Below are positions 48,741 through 62,521 of a stretch of 64,000 nucleotides of DNA, one piece after another. Source of the DNA: Spizellomyces punctatus DAOM BR117 (lineage: Eukaryota). The stretch lies in NCBI GenBank assembly GCA_000182565.2, contig KQ257458.1; one strand, 5' to 3'. Below the pieces are notes generated by a model. The model ran no database searches and had not been told where the DNA came from. It saw nothing but the letters and a program-made list of their open reading frames with translations. Both the position numbers and the translations under genes were made by a program. Each line of letters begins with the position of its first letter. The first letter of the stretch is position 1.

Positions 48741-51700
48741 ATGTTGCAATCGCGACTGGCACAAAGATCGATAAGGACGGCAGCTCGAAGCGCTTTCGCG
48801 GCTTGCTGCCGTTCTACCGTCTACGCTGCTTCCGCAACAGTACCACGTCGCGTTCTCTCTTCGGCGGTCCCAAGCAAGGCACAACCATCAACGTCAGAAG
48901 GATTTTTGAACGGTTCTGCCGGGTCTTACATTGAGGAGATGTATAGCGCGTGGCTCAAAGACCCAAAATCCGTGCATCTGTCGTGGCAGGTCTACTTTAG
49001 AAACCTGGCTGCCGACGGAAAGCAACCCGCATTCATGCCCCCACCTACCATAATTCCTTCTGCCGAGCTAGAGGGATACGTTGGTGACTCTGCATTGTCC
49101 GCAGGTGACAAAATCCCCGCTGGAGAAATTATGGATCACATGAAGGTGCAGCTCCTTGTTCGCGCATACCAAGTTCGTGGGCACCACTTGGCGAAGCTGG
49201 ATCCATTGGAAATTACTGGGTCTGATGAAAGCAACGCGCCTGAGTTGAGCCACAAGCATTACGGATTTGAGGACGCTGATCTGGATCGCAAATTTTATCT
49301 AGGTAAGAAAACTGACAACGAACTTCATATCGTCTTTCTGTGCCTTAATATCTTCTGATTAGGATCGGGAATTCTGCCTGCATTCCTGGCCCAGGAAGGG
49401 GAGAAGTCTATGACTCTGCGTGAAATCATCGGCCGCTTGAAACAAACATATTGTAAGTGTGCACCACTGCTCGTATTGCCTTCAACCTGCATTAATTCGG
49501 AATCTCCTGTAAGGCGGATCCATCGGCATAGAGTATGGTCACATTCCCGATCGCCAGCAATGTGACTGGCTCCGCCAGCGGTTCGAAGTTCCCACAAAGT
49601 ACAACTACACAAAAGAACAAAAGATGATGATTTTGGACCGGCTCATGTGGTCAGATCACTTTGAACGATTTGTGGCTACAAAATACCCCACCGAGAAGCG
49701 GTTCGGTTTGGAAGGTTGTGAGAGTTTAATTCCTGGAATGAAGTCTTTGGTAAGCGGTCAACAGTTTTGCGCATTCCAAAGACGTATATTGAATGCCATA
49801 TCGTAGATCGATCGGTCAGTAGACCATGGCGTCAACTCCGTTGTGATGGGTATGCCTCACCGTGGGCGACTGAACGTGTTGTCGAACGTTGTCCGCAAAC
49901 CGAATGAATCGATTTTTGCCGAGTTCTCGCATAGTGCAGAAGACACTGTCGAGGGTTCCGGTGATGTGAAATACCATTTGGGAATGGTAAATTTGCTTTG
50001 CGCGTTTGTCGCGAATCCTCAATCGTCGCATCTGATCATTGTCATTTAGAACTACATGCGTCCGACGCCATCCGGCAAAATGGTGCACTTGTCTTTGGCT
50101 GCCAACCCGTCCCACTTGGAGGCAGTGAACCCGGTTGTGGAAGGAAAGGTTCGTGCCATCCAGTTTTACCAAAACGACGAAAAAGACCACGGGAAAGCCA
50201 TGGCCGTCCTCCTGCACGGTGACGCCGCCTTTGCAGCCCAGGGCGTAGTGTACGAGACCCTGGGTATGGCTGATCTTCCTGCCTACACCACCGGAGGTAC
50301 CATCCACGTTATTGTCAACAACCAAGTCGGTTTCACCACCGATCCTCGTTTCGCTCGGTCTACTCCCTACTGTTCCGATGTTGCCAAAACAGTCAATGCG
50401 CCCATCTTGCATGTGAATGGTGACGATGTCGAGGCAGTGGTGTATGCTATGGAGCTGGCTTCGGAGTGGCGTGCAAAATGGAAGAAGGACGTGGTTGTCG
50501 ATATTGTATGTTACCGTCGTCACGGTCACAACGAGATTGATCAGCCTAGCTTCACCCAGCCTTTGATGTATCAGGTATGATTGTCCTCTCAGCAGCTCGT
50601 CAATTGTCTCCCGTTGACATTGTAAGTTACGTAGCGTATTGCTGGCATGACACCTGTCTTGGACAAGTACATTCAGCAGTTGTTGGCCGAAGGCTCTGTC
50701 ACTCAAGAAGAAGTGGATGAGATGAAGAAGCGCGTGTGGGGAATCCTCGAAGAGAACTATGTTGCCAGCCGTGATTACAAAGCTAGCTCTAAGGAGTGGC
50801 AGTCAAGTACCTGGACTGGTATGTCGGAGTAGCAACTTTCTTAAACGTGTCATCCAAGATATTTAAAAATTATGGTCCTTCAAGGTTTCAAGGCACCGGC
50901 TGAGCTTGCCGCAGAGACAGTCCCCGCTCAGAAGACCGGAATCGACCTCGACCTTTTGCGATACATAGGAGTGGCCGCGGCCAGCTATCCGTCTGACTTC
51001 ACCGTCCATTCCAACTTGGGTAAGATTTTGCGGCAAAGAGAGAAGAGCGTCAAAGAAGGTAAGGGCATCGACTGGGCTACGGCCGAGTCTATGGCCTTTG
51101 GAACGTTGCTTGCGGAAGGGAAGCATGTGCGCCTTAGTGGACAAGATGTGGAACGTGGAACCTTTTCCCAGCGGCATGCGTTATTGAACGATCAAAAGAC
51201 GGTTAGTTTGCCTGTTTTTTCCAATTTTGTTACCGATGAGCAGGTGATATTGACCGTTGTGACTTGTTCCCTCCAGGAAGCTACGTATGTACCCCTTAAC
51301 CACCTTGTTGCTGGTGACCTTGTCTCTAGCCAAAACACCTTCACCGTTTGCAACTCCTCATTGTCGGAGTTTGGCTGTCTCGGCTTCGAGCTCGGTTATT
51401 CTATGACCAGTCCACATCAATTGGTGTTGTGGGAAGCTCAATTCGGCGACTTTGCGAACAACGCCCAATGTATTATTGACCAATTTATTGTGTCTGGAGA
51501 GCAAAAGTGGTTACAACGTACTGGATTAACCCTTTTGCTGCCTCACGGATATGATGGACAAGGCCCAGAACATTCGTCTGCTCGTATGGAGCGTTTCCTG
51601 CAACTGGCTGATGAGGATCCTTACAGTATGCCTGATCGTGAGGGAACGGATCGTGGCAGTTATGCCCGCCAACATCAAGACTGTAACATTCAGGTTGTTT

Positions 51701-52855
51701 ACCCTACTGTGCCGTCAAACTATTTCCATGCATTGCGCCGCCAAGTGCATCGCGAGTTCCGCAAGCCGGTGAGTTAACAACGTGAGGTTTTTAAAAACTC
51801 CTTTAATCCAAGGTCTAATTTTGTTCGATATTAGCTGATTGTATTTGAATCGAAAGCTCTCCTTCGTCACCCGCTTGCCAAGTCAAGCATCGAAGAAATG
51901 GGCGCCAACACCCAATTCCAAAGGGTCATCCCTGAGGTACTCCACGAAAACCCCTTCTCCGACCTTCAAATTGCTGGACCTGGCGGTTTGTGGGCCGGTA
52001 ACAATGCAGACCCACGCCTTCCATACGCCCTGAGTGCGGAAAGCGATTTTCAACTCGCTCCTCCCAACGAGATCAAAACCGTTATTTTCTGTTCCGGACA
52101 AGTCTACTACCTCCTCTACCGCGCCCGTGCACTCAACAACCTCCGCAATGTTGCCATCGTGCGATTGGAGCAGCTGACACCATTCCCCTTCTGGGAGGTG
52201 AAGGCGATCGTTGATCACTATGGAGCTAGTTTGGAGGAGATTGTGTGGGCACAGGAGGAAAGTTTCAACTCGGGGGCATGGTCATTCGTTGAGCCAAGAA
52301 TGGATACGGCCATTCGGGAGACGGATTGGTTCAAGAGTGGAAAGGTACGTAACTTGTGTGCCCCTTTCGACCTTCTTCTGAAGGGTTTTGAACGTGCGTT
52401 TCTTTTTGGGGGTAATTGTACTGATTCAGGTTCCTCCTCTCTCTTCATCCCCTTCTTCCCCGAATACCTCACATTCAACTGTGTCATTTATATCTCGTAT
52501 CATTCAACACATCGCATCAACATCTGAATCGACTGCGAATCCATCTCCACAACATTCTGCCGAACAACGTACAAAACAATCCACATCAACAAAGGGTGCG
52601 GAATGGGGAGCCCGTTTTGACTCCCAACGTGTCGCTGGTGGCCTCGACAATGGCCGTAAGGGAGGAAAGGGTGTCTCTGTCCGTGGTGGGCGCCTGGTTA
52701 GATATGCCGGTCGCGACATCTCCGCTGCACCCGCTACAGGATTGAAGAAGCAACACGTATTCGAAGAGAAAATGCTAGTTTCCGAAGCATTGTTAGGGGG
52801 CAAATTGGTCAAGCCTGCATCAGTCGAGCAAGGCATTCCCAAATTTTATGAATAG
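48741..52855 (+). CDS. KGD1: Mitochondrial 2-oxoglutarate dehydrogenase E1, multi-exon
   Basis: Presequence; FLNGS...[95 protein letters not shown]. Confidence 0.97.
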
Positions 52856-53131
52856 GCGGCTGGATCAGTGTGATTGGTGGGAATAGAGCTGTGCATGGTA
52901 ATGGGGCTGTCTGTGGTGTTCTTTTTTATCTATTGGATGAGGATGGGAGGACAAGAGGTGGACAAGATTATCGTTTTTTTCAAAGAGCAGACGTAAACAA
53001 GATCTCATGTTTTTGTATTATCTTTCTGGTTCAAGTCGTATTGCGTGAATATTGCTGTTGCCATGGCAGTGCGCAAGTACTGTAGTCAACTGCAGTTCTG
53101 GTGCATGTTGCAAGCCTGACACCCAACCACA

Positions 53132-53863
53132 ATGGCCCACCCGGACACACACACTCCTTTGACATACACTGCACCCGTCAGTCGTCTGCAAGCATTTCAG
53201 ATTGCACATTTCAGCACAGCAGCTAAATCACGTTTTCTTAATCCCCGTAAACGAACGTACTGGGATAGCCTCTGCGGCAATTGTGAAGCATATTGGAGCA
53301 GTTACTCTTGCGCACAACCATCAGAAACGCCAGACGACCATATCACGCATACGAGCGACACAACGGTACAGCAAGAGACGCATGAGCATGAAAAGTCAGA
53401 ACAACATGTGCAAGTACCCGTTCAAGAGGATGAACAGGGAGACGAGAGTGAATGGTTGGAAGACGCCGAGCCAACGTATTCTCTGACACCAGATATGATT
53501 GCCATGTTTCGGCATTCGGAAATGTGGAGACGGGAGCGTACGTTTTATTTAGTTTGTTGTTTGTTTTGCGTTTGTGATGCTCATTTATTATTTTATGGGT
53601 AACCAGGGAAAGCACAACGGGAGGCCGAAGCGCAAGCCGAACGGGATGCGGTCAAAGTAGAGGAAAATAGAGTCACCATCACAGGGGCATTACCAACAAC
53701 GTCGGCCCAATCGACAAACACGACCAACAACCCGCCAAACTCGTATTCTCCCAAAACACGGAAAACGATCCAAGAATTAGAGTTGGAACTAAATGCCCAG
53801 TTTCAAAGACATGTCCAAACTCGACGACCGGTTCTGTGGCCCGTATTGCCTGTTCGGTGGTGA
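53132..53863 (+). CDS. Gemin8-like SMN-complex subunit (2 exons)
   Basis: Acidic region, then YSLTPDMIAMFRHSEMWRRER; after an intron (~53538-53606), YSPKTRKTIQELELELNAQFQRHVQTRRPVLWPVLPVRW*, matching the Gemin8 C-terminal pattern IQ.ME...Q..F..H....P..WPV.P as recalled. Confidence 0.6.
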
Positions 53864-54121
53864 ATGAATTATAAAATGCAAACGGTGTAAATAGGATAAT
53901 GTACAGATTGAGATGGGCTTTAACGTTATTTAATTGACTACACACACACACATGGATCGCAGGCGAAACAGTAAATATGCGTGCAAGAAAAAAAATACAG
54001 ACATAGAACACAACACAACAAAGGCATTTTGGTTTTCCTTTTTTTTGTTTTTCAGTCTAACCGTAAGTCAACGAGATCCGTGACACATTTACTTTTATCC
54101 ATTGCTCTGTCCCCGTCACGC

Positions 54122-56003
54122 TTAAGCCTTCACCTTTTTATGACATTTCTTCTTCTTGGGCACAAACAAATCGGGTTCTCGATCGTACCGCTCGATAGGG
54201 CCCAGAATCCTCTCGCCCTTCAGAACCTTTTGCACGGTCGTCTCGAAAATGGTCTGCACACTCTTTTTAATCGTGGCAATGTGTGTGTCGGTAAAGTTGG
54301 GGGAGGATCTGTACTGCATTTGAATCCACCAGTCTGGGAGAGGTGCGGCTGGGAAAGAGGGAGGGGTGTAGGCGATTGGGTAAAAGGTGAGGTTGAGGTT
54401 GAGGGTGCCGTTCAGGCTGAGACTTCCGTTCAATGAAGGGAACGGGAGGGTGGTGTTGTAAGAGGGTAGGGTGACATTGAATACGGGGAGGGTAGCATTG
54501 ATGTTCAAAGATGAGTTCACGGATATATCCACAATCGGAGGGATCACTTTGGATCCAGAGATGGAGGTAGCCTTCGCCGTAGCTCCTGCAGTTTTGGTAG
54601 CCTGTGTCGGGGCGGTGGTCGTCGCTACGACGGGGGCCAGGACCCCCGGGACACTAATATCTTCACTAGGCAAGGGCACATCAGCGTCGACGTTGCCCAA
54701 GACAATCCCATCATCCAACGGTCCATCCCGTCGCTGAATTGCCCGAGCAGCTGGCGGCCCACGAAGAGGGGCTTGATATTTCACGCACAGCTTGGCTGAA
54801 AACTGGGTATCACGGACAAAGAGATTGAATCCGGGGATCTTGGTATCAAGAGTCAGGCATTTGGGAGATTGACTCTCATCGGGATTCTCTGGGTTATCGG
54901 GGCAGGATCCCATTATCTGGTATTCTTGCGATTTTCCGGCGCGGTTCCAGCCGCCTTGGACATCATCGTAGATACGGTCAATGTTGGAATGGTGAAGATA
55001 GAACACTAGTATGTCGAGTCATCAGCATCCGACGTTCGTTGCATAACTGAAAAAACAATTGAACTTACGTGGGTCCAAAGGCGAGAACATGGTCGCCATT
55101 TGTCCAACTTGCTGCTGTTGTCCGCCATTGACAACATGGAACGTCCCGTGCAACCACTCGTTCCGATTCGCCCAACAATGGAACCCGGTTGGGACATTCA
55201 AACACATGTTGTAAATGTTATTGTAATCGTCCAAAGATGGGAAACGGTATTGACGAAGCTGATTGGCAGTTGTCATGCGCTGGACGTCCTCCAAACCATA
55301 CGCTCGCTTAATTTTGCTGTTTTTGAAGGGCGCGAGCCAAGGGGATTGGTTGCTGTTGACAATGGTGAAGCGAGCGCCAGCCCATGCACCGCCTGTAACC
55401 TCTTGGCCAGCACCTGCTGGGCGGCCTTGAACGTTCCAGATCGAGTCAAAGGACCAGCTACGGGAATCGTACTGAAACAATGTCGAGTAAGAACACTGCC
55501 ATTTGTGTTTCGTCAAAAAGCTATTTTTTCACAGCAGACTACCAACCTGTCGATCCGTCGCCCAGTATGGAAAAGAAAACGCTGGATTAATCTTCCTCAA
55601 CTCTCTCTCGACATAGAAGATGAACCACCGATGCCAAAGCGAGAATATACTGTTTCCGTGAATCTTTGGTGATTGAGTGTTGTGAATGTACGCCCAGTAC
55701 TCCCAGAGCGATATGCGGGAGTTGGGCATATACGGGGTCACCATGGCTTTTTGGATAGTTGTCATGTAAACGTTCCATTCCGCCTGTGTCAAGTCTAGCA
55801 GAATATAGAGCGTCACTCTCTTTGTGTGATTTCACAAAGATGGCGATTTTAGACATACCATGAACTTCTTTCCGCACAATGACATTATTTCCGCATCGAG
55901 AATAGTCCCCATATCCAACAGCAGCGGCAGCGTCTACCGCTCCACCCGCCGAAAGTGCCAAAGCAGCAACGGCCGTTCCGGCAATGATGGTAGAAACCTT
56001 CAT
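54122..56003 (-). CDS. Secreted tyrosinase (type-3 dicopper), multi-exon
   Basis: Signal peptide MKVSTIIAGTAVAALAL; VRKEVH; CuA AYIH...IHGNSIFSLWHRWF...FPYW; CuB WLHGTFHVVNGG...SPLDP.FYLHHSNIDRIY. Confidence 0.9.
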
Positions 56004-56796
56004 CCCTGTCAATCTAGTCTAGCTTCTATTTATAAAAAAAGTCTATGTATGAGGGAAACAAAAAAAAAACGTCGACGACTCGAAGACGAGTGACGAACAA
56101 GCAGATGGGCAAAAAAGCAAACGGAAATCTGTATCCACCACCTCGTATTTCAATGTCCCGCCATCCCCTTGCCTATTTTACCCAAAGGGCGAATGCCGCT
56201 TTTGTTTAACCTTTGGCAACACCAATGGATTATTCTCAACAAACAACATCATCCGTCACTGCGCGACAACACACAAAGAAGAAAAAGGAGAAAAGCTGCT
56301 GCCAATTTTGACCCTCCAAAAAGGTGTTCAAAAGGTGTTCAAAAATCGGCCTTCAAGCGGTTCAGAACACCGTCACACTGTTCAAGGCACAGTCACGGTA
56401 TTGTCATATATCCGTATATGGATAAATTGTTTCGATCATTTGGCCCAACCGCGTGCTTTCTTCTGGGTAACCACTGGAGGCCGCTTGGTAATTTGTCCGG
56501 CCGTGGCTCATTGAACGGTATCCAGATGATGGGCTGTTGCTGGCGCACTGTGGGTTGAAGGGCAAGGATGACATAATATGGCTGGCTTTGACAAGCAGGT
56601 TTGACAAACAGGTGGCATTAGTTGGTCCAACAATTTCAACTCAGTAATGTCGTTTTCTACAAAAACGTACTATTAACATTTCACTTTTAACAATACAATA
56701 TAGCGCTAAACAAAAATAAAAGACTAAACTAATTCGACAAGAAAAACCAAAACAATGTACAAAAGACCGAGCACGTCCACACGTAAACATCCAGTT

Positions 56797-59700
56797 TTAT
56801 ACACCATGGCCAACCGACAACCTATTCTTCTCCCTCTCGTCCTTACTTTTTGCGCTGCCCTGAGTACAGAGATAAACCATACTCCCAACAAACCGCACAA
56901 GACTCAAAACAGCCACACTCCAGAGAATAAATGTTAAATAAGAGTTGCCGCGTTCAATTGAATTGCTACCAACAAAGACGCCCAGTTTTTCCGCTACTGA
57001 GGGAGTGGTAAGAATCGCCACAAGCAGGACGTTGCAGAAGATCCAAAGGAGGACGACACGGGTACGGAATGTTCTAAAGTAATCTTCTTGTTTAAGCTTA
57101 TCCGATCGGTTATCGCCGGATTTGGCAACTTTAATGGGGGGTGGGAGGGCTCGGAGAAAGGCTTCGTAGGATTCGTCAATGTCTTTTTGGTTAACAGGGA
57201 GGTCAACCGTCGCTGTTTTTGCGCCGCTCTTGTCATCCTTCTTAACCACGACAGGAGCAACATCGACTGGTGCATTATCACCCTTGGTTCCCCAAGAAAC
57301 GTCATGCAGGTTGCCAAAGGCGTACACCATCAGAATGTTGACAAAGCCAGGGAGGAGGAGGAGGTATTGGATAAAGGATGAAAACTGTTCGAGTTGCATG
57401 TTAGACATTTTCTGCCTCGTAATCACAAACTTCCCATTCCGCTTACCATGTGCCAAGGATCCAAATAAGCAAAGGAGCAGATAAAGTACGCCCCATATGT
57501 AGAGGCTGTACTCAGCACCAAATCACGGAAAGCTGGTCTTTCCAACAGCCCCGGAATTTTACCAACGTCTGTTCGCGTCGTTCCATCCGGATTCGTCGTC
57601 CTTGTCTCGTTGACGGCAGCAGAGACTGACAAGTAGATAGAGAACCCAGCCTAGAAATTAATGTCAGCCAAGATTGCATCTCGAGTGCGCGATCTTGCAA
57701 GGCACCCTTACCATGTAAAGCATTAGAGCCATAATAAAAGCAAAAAGTATAAAGCATCCCATGTATAGCAGCCTACTCCCTTGCGGTCGATTCCCCAGAC
57801 TTGCAACGAAGATCATCACAAGAGCAAAGATATATATCTGACGAATGACCAGAAAAACAACAGATCCAGCACCGTAAAACGGGTCCGTGTCCCGGGAAGA
57901 GACCATGCCTTCGGATAAAAAGTAAAAAATAAGGTAAAAATTGGCCAAGGAGAACCAGTTGAAGACGACGTTGATGCTGTTGTATAGGAGTTGGAGGACA
58001 ATGGCGAGTTTACGGAGAGCAGTGTGTCCAGAGCGAAAGATTTGGTAAAAGTGAGCGATCGCGTGAACCCCAGCGAAAAAGGACCCATTGAGCCACCGAC
58101 GGCGCTGCGCTGCATTTTGAAGAAGAAAATGTCAGTTAGACGACATTTATGACGCTAAAATACACACGCCACTTTGGAACTTACAAATAAACTCTGCAAT
58201 CGTATCCGGTACGTCTGTCTCAGCCTGCGCATCCTTCACATATCTTAAAACCCAATTTTCATTCCGCTTTGTAACCAACTCGAAACAGAGAATGCGGTCC
58301 TCTGCTAGATACATATTCGCCTGAGCCAACTTGACGTCCCCATGACTTCCATGCATTCTCTCTCCGATAAAGTACTTTTCTAATGGACCAGTCCCATCCG
58401 CACCGTTTTGGAGCGCAGAGTATCGATAGGCACTGAACGCACCCGGAAGCACGGCGATGAACCCAAAGACGCTTTCCAGCGGTTTGTCCATAATATTAGA
58501 CATTTTGTACTCGAAATTCTGGGCAGCGACAAGAGGGTTGAGAAGCTTATGGGAGTACGCGCCCTTTTCCGCACAGATTTCTCCGCAAGCGCCCGCAACT
58601 TGGGGGTCAGAGTCAAAGGCTTTCCAAAGACGGTATAAAGAGCGCTCTGTTGGTTTCGTGCCAACATCCAGCAGCACGCAAATGTTTGGCTTCAAAATAC
58701 GTCCAAACGCATTGAAGAACCATCGGTGACTGTTGATCTTCTTTGCGTTCTTTTCCTTTAGACAAAAGAGGACTTGAACCGGCACCAACCCCGTATCCGC
58801 ACCTCGCACGTTCAAATCAGTATCCACGCACACTTGCGTCGTAAACTCAAACACATGCGCAGCCACGTCTTCAGTACTGATGCTTGTCTTGATGACACCC
58901 TCCTGATACGCGCCCATAACACCCAGCACATTCAACGTCCGGGGATGAATCTTTGTCCGTCCATCCGCAACAACGCAAACAACTACCTTTTGCCATCCGT
59001 CTGCGCCCCACATTGTGTGTCGTTTTTTGGAGCACATGTGAGCAATGTTCTTCATGACGGCCTTCCAGGTTTTTGCGAAAAGAATTTCATCTTCGTTGTA
59101 CATTGTCATAACGACGAACATCTCGGTATGCCGACCCATGTCCGCGGCACGCAAGGTATAACCACGGTCTTCAAACTCATTCGGGTCACCGCAAACAGCC
59201 GAGTATCGGAGGTGTGTGAATTCACGGCCAGTTCGGTACTTGCCATGTGCAATAACCTTTTCTGGGACAGGAATCTCAACGACAAAGTTACCGCTTGCCG
59301 TTAACTCGACCGTTTTGGTGGTTTTGTGACGAAAGATCGTTCCCGCGCCTCTTCTGCGGTACAGCTGTTGTGCTGGAGGGTAGGCATGATTGTACGTGAA
59401 ATTGTAGCCGTAGGGACTTTGGTAGGGATATTGGCCATAACCGTACGGGTTCTGCATGGGGGGAGGTGATGGAGCATGGTGGACTTGGACTTGTTCTTGT
59501 TCGTAATAGGTGTTGTCGTAGTTCGGATCTGGCACATAGTGGCCCGAGTGCGGTGGTGGCGAAGGAGAGTTGCGATGGGTGGACATGGTTGCGTACGAAG
59601 CATCACGGTGGCCCCTGCCTCCGTACATTGTTGATTGGTGGTGTCCGGACTGGTCGGCATAGTACGAAGCGCGATCGCGGCTCTAACGGAGCACATTTTC

Positions 59701-60055
59701 ATTAACATATCAATCCTGTCAAAGCCAAATAGCATATTTATGAACCAACCACGTCACTGGCCAAGTCCGTCCCGAAGCCGGATGGAGCAGGATAATTCGC
59801 TTGCGTGTAAACCGGCCGCCCTGTTGGCGGCGAGTGAGGATACAATGTATTCGAACTCCCCGGATCATACATGGAGGAAGATCTCTTTGGGAATTTAGGC
59901 TGTTTCTTCTCTTGTGAGTCGTCCTTACTCTTGTCCTCTTCGTATCTATAAGTAAAATCCACGGAGTCGCGAGGGGAAGCGAGTGGAGTTGATTCGGACG
60001 GGTCGGCTGTCACAGAATAGTCGCCCTTGCGGGAGGAATGGGGGGCAGCTTGCAT
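56797..60055 (-). CDS. CHS: Chitin synthase, division 1 (class I/II-like), multi-exon
   Basis: [76 protein letters not shown] (~58087-58110), [11 protein letters not shown]. Confidence 0.95.
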
Positions 60056-62317
60056 GAGAATCGGAACGGAACAATGGCTGCACTGGTTTGTTTAACAAAG
60101 GGATAGTGGACGGGCGGGACTGCTGTGTATCGCCAAGCCCGTGCGTGAAAGACGTATTGCCAAGTCAAAGTCCGAGAAAGGGTGGCAGGGGAGGCCGTGG
60201 TGGAGGAGGTGGGTAATAAGGAGACGGGAAAGCAGAAAGAGAAAAAAATAAAAGGAAAAGCGACGTCAGTTATGTCACGCTGGAGAGCCTGAGCACGGAG
60301 CGAACGCGCTGACGTCTGTAGTAGTCGCAAAGCGTCAAAAAATTGACTTTTTGAAGCTCCCAAAAATTGACGATGATCGTCGTTGTCGTCGTCGAATGCT
60401 CAAAGGTCAACAAAAGCTGCTTTCCGCTCTCATCCAGGGATGGGATTGCAAGCGCCGAATCAAAGCCAGGGGTCCCAGCCCGACGCGCCAAGAACACAGT
60501 TCAGGGGTGCCCTGACTATTACTACGTACTGGCTTCTGATAGTTAACGTACCTGATGCGCAGTAAGACGCAGGATCTCGGTTCGACAGGAGGGAGAGGAC
60601 GCAAAAGCCAGGTAGTTTAATTTCCTTTCTTGCCAAGCTGGTCGTCCTGGAGGTCGGCTGTGGGGGAAAAAGCCAATATGGACACGACAAGGAGATCTGC
60701 ACAGCCATCCGCCGAGAAACTCCTTTATCCATGACTGTGCCCCGGAAAAGGGGCAAAGTTTAAAATAATCGCCAAGCCACCATCATGTAATGGCTGAGTT
60801 TGTGTTTGGGGCCATGCCTTTGCGGTCGAGGTTTGGGACATTTCACCAGCTTTCAAAACATATTCCAAAAGGATCAATGATGACCAAGTAATTAACAGGT
60901 ATTTTGGTGGTTGTTTACCGCATAGACACTGCCAGATACCACCGAGACATGTTATATACTGGACAATTCTCAAATGCGATCCAGCGCTATATCGTACTAC
61001 TAAGGAAAGCAGTGGTACTAATGGCCATTCCTTGCGCATTGCGCACCAGCCTCTGTGTGCGCTAAATGAGCAGCTTGTAGGAAATACCTTTCTACGATTT
61101 TCGATAGTACACATGAAATCCAGCGACAATACCGGCAATCAACAAGCGCTGCCTTTTAGAAATCAGCTCTCATTTCGCCACTCTTGTATGCCCATCGACA
61201 CACGGTAGGAACTAAAGGGAACATCCACCAGACCCTTGATAAATGGACGATCCTCTCTTTTCATTTCCCTTTCCCTTGCTGGTGGCTTCATTACAAACAT
61301 TTCCGCTTTCATCAGATTCATCCCTACATGATTGATTAGTAGCACGCTTCTGCCAGTCGGCATTTGGCACTGCCTTGGCTCGTCTCTCTTTTGACTATAC
61401 GTCTTGAACCGCGCTCCCTTCTCCGACTCGCTTTTTCTATCACTCATCCGATGCATCCGACTTGCTATCGAAGGGCTTATGACTGTTCATTAGTTCTTGA
61501 ACCATTTCGCCGAATGCGGGTAACCTGGTCTGTGTTTTCGAGTTTGACAAAACAAAAGTCCACGACAAAGTTATTGCTATGTGTCTACGATGTCTCGGCA
61601 GAATGGTTTGAGATTTGTAAGCGGGAGTACCTCCTTTACGATGAGAATATCTGGTAGATATACGGCCATTTAGAGATTGGAAAGCAAACCCTTCACAGCT
61701 ACTGAAGCTTCACTTTCGAGTTTCAATATCATCATCCTTATCATAGATCCTTTGATGAACCTCTTTTTGAGATTGTCCGTGTTTCCGCAATATTGACCGT
61801 AAATAACCGAACCATGTCATCATCATCCTTCCGCTCAATCTGACGGTACTATTTGAAACCTTTCTCCGACCCAACGACATCAATGTCGGAACTCCAGGCA
61901 GCCAGTTTGAGAAGAATGGTAAGAAGTTTGTCCGTAGTTTATGAAAAAACATCAATTGTATCAATAAAGGTTCGAGTTCGGGGCAACTTGAGCTGTTGGA
62001 TAAGTTACCATCTGAGTAGGCGGGACCCGGCGAATGCGGGACGTACGACCGATTGCCGAGACACTAACTGATCAAGCAGAAGGTGCGCGAAAATATCCAA
62101 TACCCTTGCTCTTATATCTTTTATTATAGAAGCCTGCAAATGGTCGCCATCCACAGTGTCCTTTTAACCCCACTTCAAGACACATGCAGCTTCAATGCAG
62201 GAGTCAGCCGCATACGTCTCTTGACACCTGATTTTGTAAGGATCGGGAGACCAAGACCAGAAGCGCAGTAGTTCGATATGTCCACGTGACAAGAATCTGC
62301 ATGAGTCAGCAGTTGAT

Positions 62318-62416
62318 CGAAGCTCCGCGAAATTTCCAGCGAGCTCAACTAGAGTCTTGTTGGTACCAGACTACATGAGTTTTGGACACATCATCGCATT
62401 TTCTTAGGGTATAAAA
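62318..62416 (+). promoter_or_regulatory. Heat-shock element and TATA box upstream of Hsp20
   Basis: cGAAg-cTCCg-cGAAa-tTTCc at 62318-62337 (alternating nGAAn pentamers); TATAAAA at 62410. Confidence 0.6.
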
Positions 62417-62521
62417 GCGGGTCATGTCGTTCGGCAGGGAAAGCTATCCAGTGAATTTGGAATTGGTCTAGTACATATCAAAGTCTGTACATTGCCAAAT
62501 CTTCGTTGTTAAGATCTCAGA

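Noticed and set aside
49816-50706. Long antisense ORFs (296 aa here; 280 aa at 27147-27989)
   Set aside because: Codon-bias shadows opposite KGD1 and MUP1.
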